64,000 bases of DNA from a virus (taxonomy: Duplodnaviria; Caudoviricetes), in the IMG/VR virus record IMGVR_UViG_3300022074_005559; one strand, written 5' to 3'. The position numbers and the translations under genes are program-made. The notes under the pieces were generated by a model. It was given only the letters and a program-made list of their open reading frames with translations, searched no databases and was not told the origin of the DNA. This document shows, piece after piece, positions 17,825-26,463 of the stretch; positions within the stretch are counted from its first letter, which is position 1; each line of letters starts with the position of its first letter.

Positions 17825-19009
17825 ATGTCAGACGTACTATTAGAAAGCCGTTGGGATGATACCAAAGACGCCCTTCTTGAAGGTCTAGAAGGTAATCGCC
17901 GCAACAGCATGGGTGTAGTTCTTGAGAACACACGCAGATACTTGCAAGAAGCAGCAACAACAGGTGCTTCAGCTGCAGGTAACGTAGCAACACTTAACCG
18001 TGTGATCCTACCAGTGATCAGACGTGTTATGCCAACTGTTATCGCTAACGAAATCGTTGGTGTTCAGCCAATGCAAGGCCCAGTTGGACAGATTCACACT
18101 CTACGTGTTCGTTATGCAGACACAGTATCTTCATCAGCAAGTGCACCGTTTGATACAAGCACAACAGCAGGTGACGAAGCACTATCGCCATTCAAGATTG
18201 CAACAGCGTATTCAGGTTCAACCACAACAGGTAAAGCTGATACAACAGCAGCAAAAGAAGGCACAGGTGGTTCACAACTATCAATCCAAATCTTGAAGCA
18301 GCCGGTCGAAGCAAAGACTCGTAAGCTACAAGCACGTTGGACTTTTGAAGCAGCACAAGATGCACAGTCAATGCACGGCATCGATGTAGAAGCAGAAGTA
18401 ATGGCAGCTCTTGCACAAGAGATCACTGCTGAAATCGACCAGGAAATCCTAGGTTCACTTCGTTCACTAGCAGCTACAGAAGAAACATACAACCAGGCAG
18501 CAGTGTCAGGTACAGCAACTTACGTTGGTGACGAGCATGCAGCACTTGCAGTTCTAATCAACCGCACAGCAAACAAGATTGCACAGCGCACACGTCGCGG
18601 TGCAGGCAACTTTGCAGTATGTTCACCAGAAGCACTAACAGTACTTCAGTCAGCATCAACAAGTGCATTTGCTCGTACAACAGAAGGTGCTTTCGAAGCT
18701 CCAACTAACACTAAGTTTGTAGGTACACTAAACGGCGCAATGCGTGTTTACGTTGACTCATATGCAGCAGACGGTACAGCAGTACTTGTTGGCTACAAAG
18801 GCTCAAGTGAAACAGATGCGGCAGCATTCTATTGCCCATACGTTCCGCTAATGTCAAGTGGCACAGTGCTTGATCCATCAACTTTCGAGCCAGTCGTATC
18901 ATTCATGACACGTTATGGCTACGTTGAGCTTTCAAACACAGCAAGTTCACTAGGTAACGCAGGTGACTACGTTGGTGAAGTTGCAATGTCAAACATCTCA
19001 TTCTCATAA
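17825..19009 (+). CDS. gp23: Major capsid protein
   Basis: VIRRVMPTVIANEIVGVQPMQGPVGQIHTLR, TRKLQARWTFEAAQD, AFYCPYVPL, FMTRYG. Confidence 0.97.
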   Translation: MSDVLLESRWDDTKDALLEGLEGNRRNSMGVVLENTRRYLQEAATTGASAAGNVATLNRVILPVIRRVMPTVIANEIVGVQPMQGPVGQIHTLRVRYADTVSSSASAPFDTSTTAGDEALSPFKIATAYSGSTTTGKADTTAAKEGTGGSQLSIQILKQPVEAKTRKLQARWTFEAAQDAQSMHGIDVEAEVMAALAQEITAEIDQEILGSLRSLAATEETYNQAAVSGTATYVGDEHAALAVLINRTANKIAQRTRRGAGNFAVCSPEALTVLQSASTSAFARTTEGAFEAPTNTKFVGTLNGAMRVYVDSYAADGTAVLVGYKGSSETDAAAFYCPYVPLMSSGTVLDPSTFEPVVSFMTRYGYVELSNTASSLGNAGDYVGEVAMSNISFS

Positions 19010-19035
19010 GTCTAACTTATAGAATAGGAATACAG

Positions 19036-19062
19036 AAACAGGGACTTAGGTCCCTGTTTTTT
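19036..19062 (+). terminator. Intrinsic terminator after gp23
   Basis: AAACAGGGAC-ttag-GTCCCTGTTT followed by a T-run. Confidence 0.9.
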
Positions 19063-19138
19063 GTTAAATACAGTATCAGCAAAGACTGATTTATGGGGCA
19101 CCAACCCCGTAGGCTTAGAACGTCAAAGGAGAAAACAA

Positions 19139-19573
19139 ATGGGAAGACCAATTAAAAGCGCCGAAACAGTAGGCGGAACATCAAAACTTGCTAGTGTAAA
19201 CACAGTATTGCCAATCGGTAACAGTGGACTAAGCGGCAATCAAATTATTATGAGAGCCTTTGTTACTGGAGGCAGTGCGCAGGTTACAACAAACGTTATC
19301 CAAAAAGGTACAAAACGTTTTCGTTGTACAACTGCAACTGGTACAGAAACACTAACTCTTGTGCCAGTAGTACACACTTCAATTAGTGCAGGGCAGTGCC
19401 AGATTACTGGTACAGACAGTGCAGGCGGAACTTACTTTGCTAGTAAGATCACAGGACGTCATTTTGTAGTAGGCGCACTAGGAACAGGCTCGCAGTTTGC
19501 AGTAGGCGATAAAGCAAATATTGTAGCATCAAGCCCAGTTTTAAACGTAAGTGTAAGTATTCCTAACGGCTAA
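19139..19573 (+). CDS. Virion structural protein (MGRP-starting)
   Basis: Start reassigned to ATG 19139 behind AAGGAG; TAAATA at 19065-19070. Confidence 0.6.
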   Translation: MGRPIKSAETVGGTSKLASVNTVLPIGNSGLSGNQIIMRAFVTGGSAQVTTNVIQKGTKRFRCTTATGTETLTLVPVVHTSISAGQCQITGTDSAGGTYFASKITGRHFVVGALGTGSQFAVGDKANIVASSPVLNVSVSIPNG

Positions 19574-19580
19574 TAGTTAC

Positions 19581-19609
19581 TTGACTAAAATAAAGGGTTA
19601 CAGTATAAT
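19581..19609 (+). promoter_or_regulatory. sigma70-like promoter
   Basis: TTGACT, 17-nt spacer, TATAAT. Confidence 0.7.
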
Positions 19610-19627
19610 ACACTGTAACCTTTTTTT
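19596..19627 (+). terminator. Intrinsic terminator overlapping the sigma70 -10 box
   Basis: GGTTACAGT-ataatac-ACTGTAACC followed by T7. Confidence 0.8.
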
Positions 19628-19632
19628 AAGAC

Positions 19633-20220
19633 ATGAATAAAGATTTCGCATTTATATTAGGCAATGGTATTACTAGACTACAAGTAGACTGTGAAGGTCT
19701 TCTTGACTATGGATATGTGTACGGTTGTAATAGAATATACCAAGAGTTTGCTTCTACTGTGTTAGTTAGTACTGATGCAGGTATGGCAAGAGAAATACAA
19801 GGAAGTGGATATAGTTCGAGATACACGCACTATACAAGAAAAAAACACATAATAAAAAATCGTGGATCTCGTGTACTGCCAGCTCATTTACATGATTATA
19901 GCAGTGGTCCTGCGGCTTTGGGTATAGCTGCATCTAGTGATAGCAACTATCTTTTTATGATAGGCATGGATCTCAAAGGAAAAAACAATATGATTAACAA
20001 CATATACGCAGGCACACCTAACTATCTAGACAATAATGCAGATCCAACTTTTTTTGGTAACTGGGTAGATCAAGTAAACACGCTAATGAAACTATACAGT
20101 AACAAAAGATTCTTTCATGTCAATCCTTTAGATAACTTTACAGATGAAAGTTTTAGAAAAAATCCTAACTTCACTGTGATGACTTTAGAGGAGTTTAAGA
20201 GGATGATAAATAAAGTATAA
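19633..20220 (+). CDS. DUF115/Maf-like, glycosyltransferase-related protein
   Basis: FILGNG, YGCNRIY, LVSTD, SSGPAAL and FMIGMD pattern; paralogous to 35581-36315. Confidence 0.5.
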   Translation: MNKDFAFILGNGITRLQVDCEGLLDYGYVYGCNRIYQEFASTVLVSTDAGMAREIQGSGYSSRYTHYTRKKHIIKNRGSRVLPAHLHDYSSGPAALGIAASSDSNYLFMIGMDLKGKNNMINNIYAGTPNYLDNNADPTFFGNWVDQVNTLMKLYSNKRFFHVNPLDNFTDESFRKNPNFTVMTLEEFKRMINKV

Positions 20221-20238
20221 CGCAGGATTGTTAAAAGA

Positions 20239-20877
20239 ATGGCACAAACCAAAAGAGTATCTGGTACCTATACTATTAGCGCAAGCAGTTTTACGCTTGA
20301 CAATGATGTAACTGTCACTGGTAACCTTACAGTTACTGGTACTACTAATAGTGTTGAAACTACAAACACAAGGATCACTGATAATATTGTGACTTACAAC
20401 CAAGGCGCATCGGGCGCAGGTGTTGGAGGTACTGGATTTAGTGGTATTGAGATTGAACGTGGTAGTTTAGACAATGCGTTGCTAGTGTTTGATGAATCAG
20501 ATGATACATTTAAAATCAGTACTGATGGAGGTAGCAGTTATGTCAGTCTAACAACCGGCAGCGGCGGCATAAACAATGTTGTAGAAGATACAACTCCGCA
20601 GCTCGGCGGTGACTTAGATATTAATGGCAAAAATATTGTTAGTGCTACAAGTAACATGGATATTCAACTTATTCCTAACGGTACAGGTCGTGTTACAGTA
20701 ACAAGTGCCCTAAAACTTAACGATCAAGTAAGTGCTCCTAGTAGTGCTACAGGTGCTACACTGCTTTACGCTGACACAGCGGCAGGCGGAGGCACTGGTG
20801 TGTTTTTTGTAGATGGCAGTGCTAGTGATGAACTAGTAAGCAAAAGTAAAGCCATCGTATATGGTTTGATTTTTTAA
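20239..20877 (+). CDS. Virion structural (fibre/baseplate-associated) protein
   Basis: Thr/Gly-rich, with the shared DNIVTYN...GIEIERG...FDESDDTF module and TTPQLGGDLDING; TAAATA at 20207-20212. Confidence 0.6.
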   Translation: MAQTKRVSGTYTISASSFTLDNDVTVTGNLTVTGTTNSVETTNTRITDNIVTYNQGASGAGVGGTGFSGIEIERGSLDNALLVFDESDDTFKISTDGGSSYVSLTTGSGGINNVVEDTTPQLGGDLDINGKNIVSATSNMDIQLIPNGTGRVTVTSALKLNDQVSAPSSATGATLLYADTAAGGGTGVFFVDGSASDELVSKSKAIVYGLIF

Positions 20878-20888
20878 AGGACAGGTAA

Positions 20889-21197
20889 ATGGCAATCAGT
20901 CAACAAGCAGTAGGAACAAGTGCAACAACAGTTTATACTAGCACAAACACAACAGCAATCACTTGTATGTTCTTTATGAACGACAATGCCGCTGCAAGAA
21001 CACTAGATGTTCATGTTGTAAAAAGTGGTGAGTCACCAGGCACAGCAAACAAGATTGTAAAAACTATTACTATTGATCCTGCTGATACATATGTTATTAA
21101 TATTGAAAAACTTGTGTTGGACAATGGTGACACAGTCCAATGTGTTGCTAGTGCAGCAACAAGTGTCTATGCAACAGTCAGTTCAGTGAGTATCTAA
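20889..21197 (+). CDS. Small beta-rich structural protein
   Basis: 102-aa ORF with an SD inside the structural operon. Confidence 0.55.
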   Translation: MAISQQAVGTSATTVYTSTNTTAITCMFFMNDNAAARTLDVHVVKSGESPGTANKIVKTITIDPADTYVINIEKLVLDNGDTVQCVASAATSVYATVSSVSI

Positions 21198-21637
21198 TGG
21201 CAGGTTTTGTAAAAAACAAAGGTAGTTTTGATGGTGGTAACACAATCAAAGCAGATGAAATCGGTGCAACAGGAACACCTTCAGGCGGATCTGCAGATAG
21301 ACCAAATGATCCAGAAACAGGTGATCTTCGCTTTAACACAGATGATGGTGCGTTAGAAGTTTATGATGGCACTCAGTTCAAAACACTTGCGACTAGTGGT
21401 ACTGCAACCATTACACAGGATAGCTTCACAGGCGATGGATCAACTACTGCATTCACAATGAGTACTAGTGTAACTAGTGACCAAGAACAACGCATTATTG
21501 TAGCAGTAGGAAACGTTTATCAAAATCCAGCAAGTGCTTACACAGTAAGCGGTACAACTATTACATTCACAAGTCCGCCGGGCGCCGCAGAAACAATCAC
21601 TGTTGTACACGGTTTCGATAGCACTACCGCAGCCTGA
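21197..21637 (+). CDS. Structural protein
   Basis: GDLRFNTDDGALEVYDG and FTGDGSTTAFTM...VGNVYQ modules shared with neighbouring genes. Confidence 0.55.
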   Translation: MAGFVKNKGSFDGGNTIKADEIGATGTPSGGSADRPNDPETGDLRFNTDDGALEVYDGTQFKTLATSGTATITQDSFTGDGSTTAFTMSTSVTSDQEQRIIVAVGNVYQNPASAYTVSGTTITFTSPPGAAETITVVHGFDSTTAA

Positions 21638-21709
21638 TAAATACATGCAACAAACCCTGGCACCTCGGATGTTAGCATGGTGTTCGCAGGATAGCGGAGT
21701 GTATTAAGT

Positions 21710-24700
21710 ATGGCTATTAGTCGTATTGGCGGTAAAGCCTTAAAAGCAAATCTAGAACGTGATAGCAATCTTACTTTCAATACTGACACTCTAACGGTTG
21801 ACTATACCAATGATCGTATTGGTATTGGCACAACTAACCCTTCAGAAAAACTCAGTGTAACGGGATCAGCAACTATTAGTGACACGCTAACAGTTGATAC
21901 TAGTGCTGACATTGATGGCATCCGCATCATTGATAACAACATTCAAGCAACCAGAACTAACGATGATGTTACTATTGTACCAAGTGGTACAGGCAGTGTT
22001 AACGTTAGTTCAAGTGTTATTAGCAATGTAGTTGATCCAGTATCAGCACAAGATGCTGCAACTAAATCATATGTAGATGCACAGATAAGCGGTAATGCAA
22101 TCGGCACAGGCATGCAGATTACATTAGGTACTCCTACAGATAGTAGTCTAGTAACAGATTCTATGTACAAAAGTTTTGTAACAGGGACAAAAGTTACAGA
22201 TGCTATTGACGATCTTAACGAAGCAATACAAAACGTACTTAATAGTACCGCAGTTAGTAATGTAGACTTTGTTGCTGATACAACAAGTGGCGGTGCAGGT
22301 ACAACAGTAACACTTACTATCACAGCAGATGGTAATCCAAACAGATATGATATTACTTGGGGCGATGGTGATACCACAACAGGTACAACAGACAGCACCC
22401 CAAGTCACACTTATGCCACCAACACAGGCAGTCCATTTAGTGTAACAGTTAGAGCATACAATAATGGTGGTAGTGGCTCTGGAAGCGAAGAAAGTAAAAC
22501 TCGTACAGATTATATAACAATCTTCACCGCTGACCCAGTTGTGAGTTTCGCGGCATACGCGGCAAGTTCTGGAGGTTCGCCCATCACAGTGTGGAACGAC
22601 GGTGACACGATTTATTTTCAAAACAATACTACTAATATCGGTAGCGCAACAATCCAGTTTACTTGGGATTGGGGCGACAGTGAATCAGATGATGTTATCA
22701 CTGACGATACAGCAAATGGTGGCACAGCGGGCGGACGACTTGCTCACACATTTACTGCCAGTACTGAGACAGAAGTACAACGCACTGTTAGACTAACACT
22801 GGATAGCCATAGCACAGCATTGCCTGCTAGTATACCAACCAACACTACAAACACATACAAGATTTATGACACACATACACCTACTGTAACACTTGATGAC
22901 AACAGTGGTGTAAACGAAGAAAGCACCAGTGGTCACGTTGTAAGTCTTACAAATACAACAGAAGCAGGTGTAGGAAGTTATGCTACATACGGCATACAAT
23001 ATCAATACCAGTTTGGTGATGGCACAAGCAATGTCACTGTTAACGCTGGCAGCGGATCAGTAGGTGATAGAAACGTTGCACTAAGTCATACATATGCACT
23101 AAGTTCAAGTGACCAAGCAAATGGCACTGCACGAGACTATACAGGTAACCTGCGTGTAATCAGTAACCACACAAGTTCACCATTTATAAGCAGTACATTT
23201 ACAGTACACGTTGAGCCAGATGTTAGAGCAAACATTGCTGGTACGGCAATTAGTGTTAGTGATGGTAGTGGTGATGATCAGTATGACATTTATAATTTTA
23301 CAGATTACAATGGTGTAAACAGAGCAAGAGTGCGCATGACAAACACCAGTCAAAATGCAGATGATTATGTTTATGTATGGGGTGATGGCGACACAGACAA
23401 CGTAACAGAAGATGGTACTAGTGCAGGTAGTATAGGAGCAGTGATTAATCACAACTATCTAGGTGAAAGCACAGGTAGTTACAATGTGTCATTCACAGCA
23501 AACGGCACACCAGATTTGACTGCCCAAACAGATGTAGACACAAGCATTACATTCAACATAAAAGCAACACCAAGTGCTCCAACAAGTTTAAGTGGCAAAA
23601 GTCTTACATTAAGTGACAGTGCGCAAGGCACAAGTCCGTTGCTTGCAGCAAACTTTGATGACAACACTAGTTCAGCAACAACACTCAGTGCTGGTTCTAA
23701 CCTAAACACTACAACAGCAAGACGATATACCAGTGGCACTATTGACACCAGCACAGTCAACGACGCATACAATGGTGTAAGTGGTACACTAGCCGCAGAG
23801 ATCAATGCCAGTGATGATGGAACAAAAACATTTAGTACAAGCACGGGCGAAACAGGCACATTTACAAGTCTTGTGGTTAGTCAAAACGTTGATTATCATG
23901 ATATTGATGCAAGTTATCCAAGTGATTTTTATCAAACGTTTGACGCAAAAATCACAAAAGCACTTACAGGATATACTGTAGGACTAAACGCACAGCGACT
24001 AACACACACTACAACAGGCAACACAAACTATGTGTATGTGCTAAAAGATGATATGACAGGCAGTCCTAGTTTCGGAGCAACAGGCACACTTAGTGAAGGT
24101 ACTGGTGGTACAAAGAGATTTATCTCTGGTATTCCCTATTACAACACTGGCAGTCCAACTTTAACACTAAGCGGAGTAACTGTAAACAACCTTGTAGGTC
24201 AGGCATACACAAATCAAAATGACATTGTTGAAGTAGATCCTGGTACAAACTATGAAAGTACTAGTAATAGTGCTATTCAAAATGAAAACTACACTTATGC
24301 GAATATTTTAGAATCTGGACAACTCAGCAGTGGCATTCCTGTAAAAGACATTGGTACAAGCAGTGCTTACAGTATCAAAGATCTCACAGTGGACATTACA
24401 ACTTCAAGTGTGCGCACTGTTGAAGCACCGCGTATCCGTGCAAGAAATGTTAATGGATCCAGCAGTTATACACAACTTAGCACAAAAGTACAGGTGCATA
24501 GAAGCGCACAAAGTGGCATCAGTGAGATTGCTATTGCGGTAAGTGACAGTTTAGGTGCTACATATGATGACGATGCTGTGCGTGTATTTGATTTCAGTGC
24601 AGACACTACTAACACACCAAGTTACACAAGTAGCACAAACTTTTACACAAACAGTGTGTACGGTGAAAGTGCAGATCCGGGTGTGAGTGGTACACAAGAA

Positions 24701-25186
24701 GCAACTATTAGACTGGGTATACTAGAACACAATGTAATAGACTATAGCACAGGGTTCCTACCAGTGGGTCCTGACAGAAGCGGTGATACTGGCACACAGT
24801 ATTTTACATTTGCATTCCGCAGAACTACAGTTAGTAACTTTGATATCAACATCACAAGTTCAAGTGGTGTAAGTGGTGTGTTTATTGCGGCACCAGGTAC
24901 AGGCATTGATGACAGTAGTGGACTCAACGGTTGGCTAGATTGTAGTACAACATATGGTGGTAGTGGACAACCCGGCAGTGACACAGGCAATGGTGGTAAT
25001 GGTTCAAACGGTTGTGCATTTACATCAGGTGATAGAATAGTAACAGGCACTGCACTCAGCGGTGGCTATACAATGACACTGGGCAGTGAGAACATGTCAA
25101 ACGCTCAGGATAATGTAGTGTTGGTGCGTATTGCACTAGCAAGTGGCGAAAGCGTAACTGCATTAAGTATAGGAGTTGCTAGTTAA
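21710..25186 (+). CDS. Large virion protein with PKD/Ig-like repeats (baseplate wedge/fibre)
   Basis: Repeated (Y/F)xWxWGDG...SHTY PKD-like motifs, DPVSAQDAATKSYVD; 1158 aa, Thr/Ser-rich. Confidence 0.7.
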   Translation: MAISRIGGKALKANLERDSNLTFNTDTLTVDYTNDRIGIGTTNPSEKLSVTGSATISDTLTVDTSADIDGIRIIDNNIQATRTNDDVTIVPSGTGSVNVSSSVISNVVDPVSAQDAATKSYVDAQISGNAIGTGMQITLGTPTDSSLVTDSMYKSFVTGTKVTDAIDDLNEAIQNVLNSTAVSNVDFVADTTSGGAGTTVTLTITADGNPNRYDITWGDGDTTTGTTDSTPSHTYATNTGSPFSVTVRAYNNGGSGSGSEESKTRTDYITIFTADPVVSFAAYAASSGGSPITVWNDGDTIYFQNNTTNIGSATIQFTWDWGDSESDDVITDDTANGGTAGGRLAHTFTASTETEVQRTVRLTLDSHSTALPASIPTNTTNTYKIYDTHTPTVTLDDNSGVNEESTSGHVVSLTNTTEAGVGSYATYGIQYQYQFGDGTSNVTVNAGSGSVGDRNVALSHTYALSSSDQANGTARDYTGNLRVISNHTSSPFISSTFTVHVEPDVRANIAGTAISVSDGSGDDQYDIYNFTDYNGVNRARVRMTNTSQNADDYVYVWGDGDTDNVTEDGTSAGSIGAVINHNYLGESTGSYNVSFTANGTPDLTAQTDVDTSITFNIKATPSAPTSLSGKSLTLSDSAQGTSPLLAANFDDNTSSATTLSAGSNLNTTTARRYTSGTIDTSTVNDAYNGVSGTLAAEINASDDGTKTFSTSTGETGTFTSLVVSQNVDYHDIDASYPSDFYQTFDAKITKALTGYTVGLNAQRLTHTTTGNTNYVYVLKDDMTGSPSFGATGTLSEGTGGTKRFISGIPYYNTGSPTLTLSGVTVNNLVGQAYTNQNDIVEVDPGTNYESTSNSAIQNENYTYANILESGQLSSGIPVKDIGTSSAYSIKDLTVDITTSSVRTVEAPRIRARNVNGSSSYTQLSTKVQVHRSAQSGISEIAIAVSDSLGATYDDDAVRVFDFSADTTNTPSYTSSTNFYTNSVYGESADPGVSGTQEATIRLGILEHNVIDYSTGFLPVGPDRSGDTGTQYFTFAFRRTTVSNFDINITSSSGVSGVFIAAPGTGIDDSSGLNGWLDCSTTYGGSGQPGSDTGNGGNGSNGCAFTSGDRIVTGTALSGGYTMTLGSENMSNAQDNVVLVRIALASGESVTALSIGVAS

Positions 25187-26316
25187 TGGCTATTACAGAT
25201 ACCCAAAAAGTTGACTACCTTTGGAAAAAACTAGGTTACGCTGCAACTAAATCTGATACCAATGCTAACAAAAAAGCACCTAACGAAGCGATTGCATCGC
25301 CTCTTATACTTCGTGCAGACAAAGTACTAAAAGACTCGTCTAGTATTCCAAGCACACAGCCTGCAAGTAGCACAGGTGTTGTTACTGTGTATCCAACAAG
25401 CAGTCCTATTGAAACAACACTGGATAATACTGCAACTGCAAACAGAACTTGGAAAACAGGACAAACAGATTGGATCTCTCCAGAGTTTGGTAGTACATAT
25501 CAAGTAAAAGTTTACATTCACACCAGCAGTGATGCCGCTGGCGCTAGTGGCGGAGATCAAGTGTTTGCCACAGGTAGTGGCAATGATGATGAATGGTTCT
25601 TTGACTATCAGAGTGGTGTGCTACACTTTATTGGTACTAATCTGCCTAATGGTATTAATTTTACTGGTAAGAGTGTTTACATTGCAGGTGCAAGATACAG
25701 CGGTGAGTTTGGTGTAGGTGGTGACTTAGGTGCATTTACTTTTACAGACAACAGACTGCAAACCACTGTAACTAACGAAGAGATTATTATTGAACCTGCT
25801 GGCACAGGGTATGTTAAAGTAGACGCAAGCAGTGGACTTATTGTTCCTGTTGGAAGTACTTTAGAACGTCCTAGTGGACAAACTGGTATGATGCGTTTTA
25901 ACACCACTACAAGTTTGATGGAAGTATACAATGGTAGTGCATGGGTCAACGTAGGTGGTAGCACAGTTACACTTGATGAGTTTGATGGAGATGGCACTGA
26001 TACTGCATTTACACTTTCACAAAGTGCTACAACTGCAACTGTTATTGTTAGTATGAATGGTACTGTACAAGAAGCAACAAACACATATACAGTAAGTGGA
26101 ACTACACTGACTTTTAATGAAGCACCTGTTACGGGAGATAAAATACAAGTAAGAAACTTTTTCAGCGGAAATGAGTTACAACCTGCAAGCAAGTTTCAAA
26201 GTTATACTACAACTCAGCGTAACTCATTAAGTCCTAGTAATGGTGATGTGATATATAACACTACTACACATAAGTTTCAAGGTTATGCAAATAGCGGTTG
26301 GGTAGACTTCCACTAA
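25186..26316 (+). CDS. Virion structural protein
   Basis: MAITDTQKVDYLWKKLGY, WFFDYQSGVLHF, GMMRFNTTTSLMEVYNG and FDGDGTDTAFTLS modules. Confidence 0.6.
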   Translation: MAITDTQKVDYLWKKLGYAATKSDTNANKKAPNEAIASPLILRADKVLKDSSSIPSTQPASSTGVVTVYPTSSPIETTLDNTATANRTWKTGQTDWISPEFGSTYQVKVYIHTSSDAAGASGGDQVFATGSGNDDEWFFDYQSGVLHFIGTNLPNGINFTGKSVYIAGARYSGEFGVGGDLGAFTFTDNRLQTTVTNEEIIIEPAGTGYVKVDASSGLIVPVGSTLERPSGQTGMMRFNTTTSLMEVYNGSAWVNVGGSTVTLDEFDGDGTDTAFTLSQSATTATVIVSMNGTVQEATNTYTVSGTTLTFNEAPVTGDKIQVRNFFSGNELQPASKFQSYTTTQRNSLSPSNGDVIYNTTTHKFQGYANSGWVDFH

Positions 26317-26463
26317 TAGATAAATAAGTTTGTAAGAACTTCCTTTTTACAACATTCCCCCTCTTTATAACGTCTGTAATGCTTTTTTTTTCAGGCGCTG
26401 ATTCATCACGGCTATTGATAAATATGCTTATAGATAAGACCGTGATTGGAGTAGAGACACAAA

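Noticed and set aside
19061-19138. Upstream starts proposed by the ORF track (19061, 39359, 42431, 53537, 53582, 61949)
   Set aside because: They overlap promoters, terminators or neighbouring genes. Downstream ATGs have an SD or fit the promoter spacing better.
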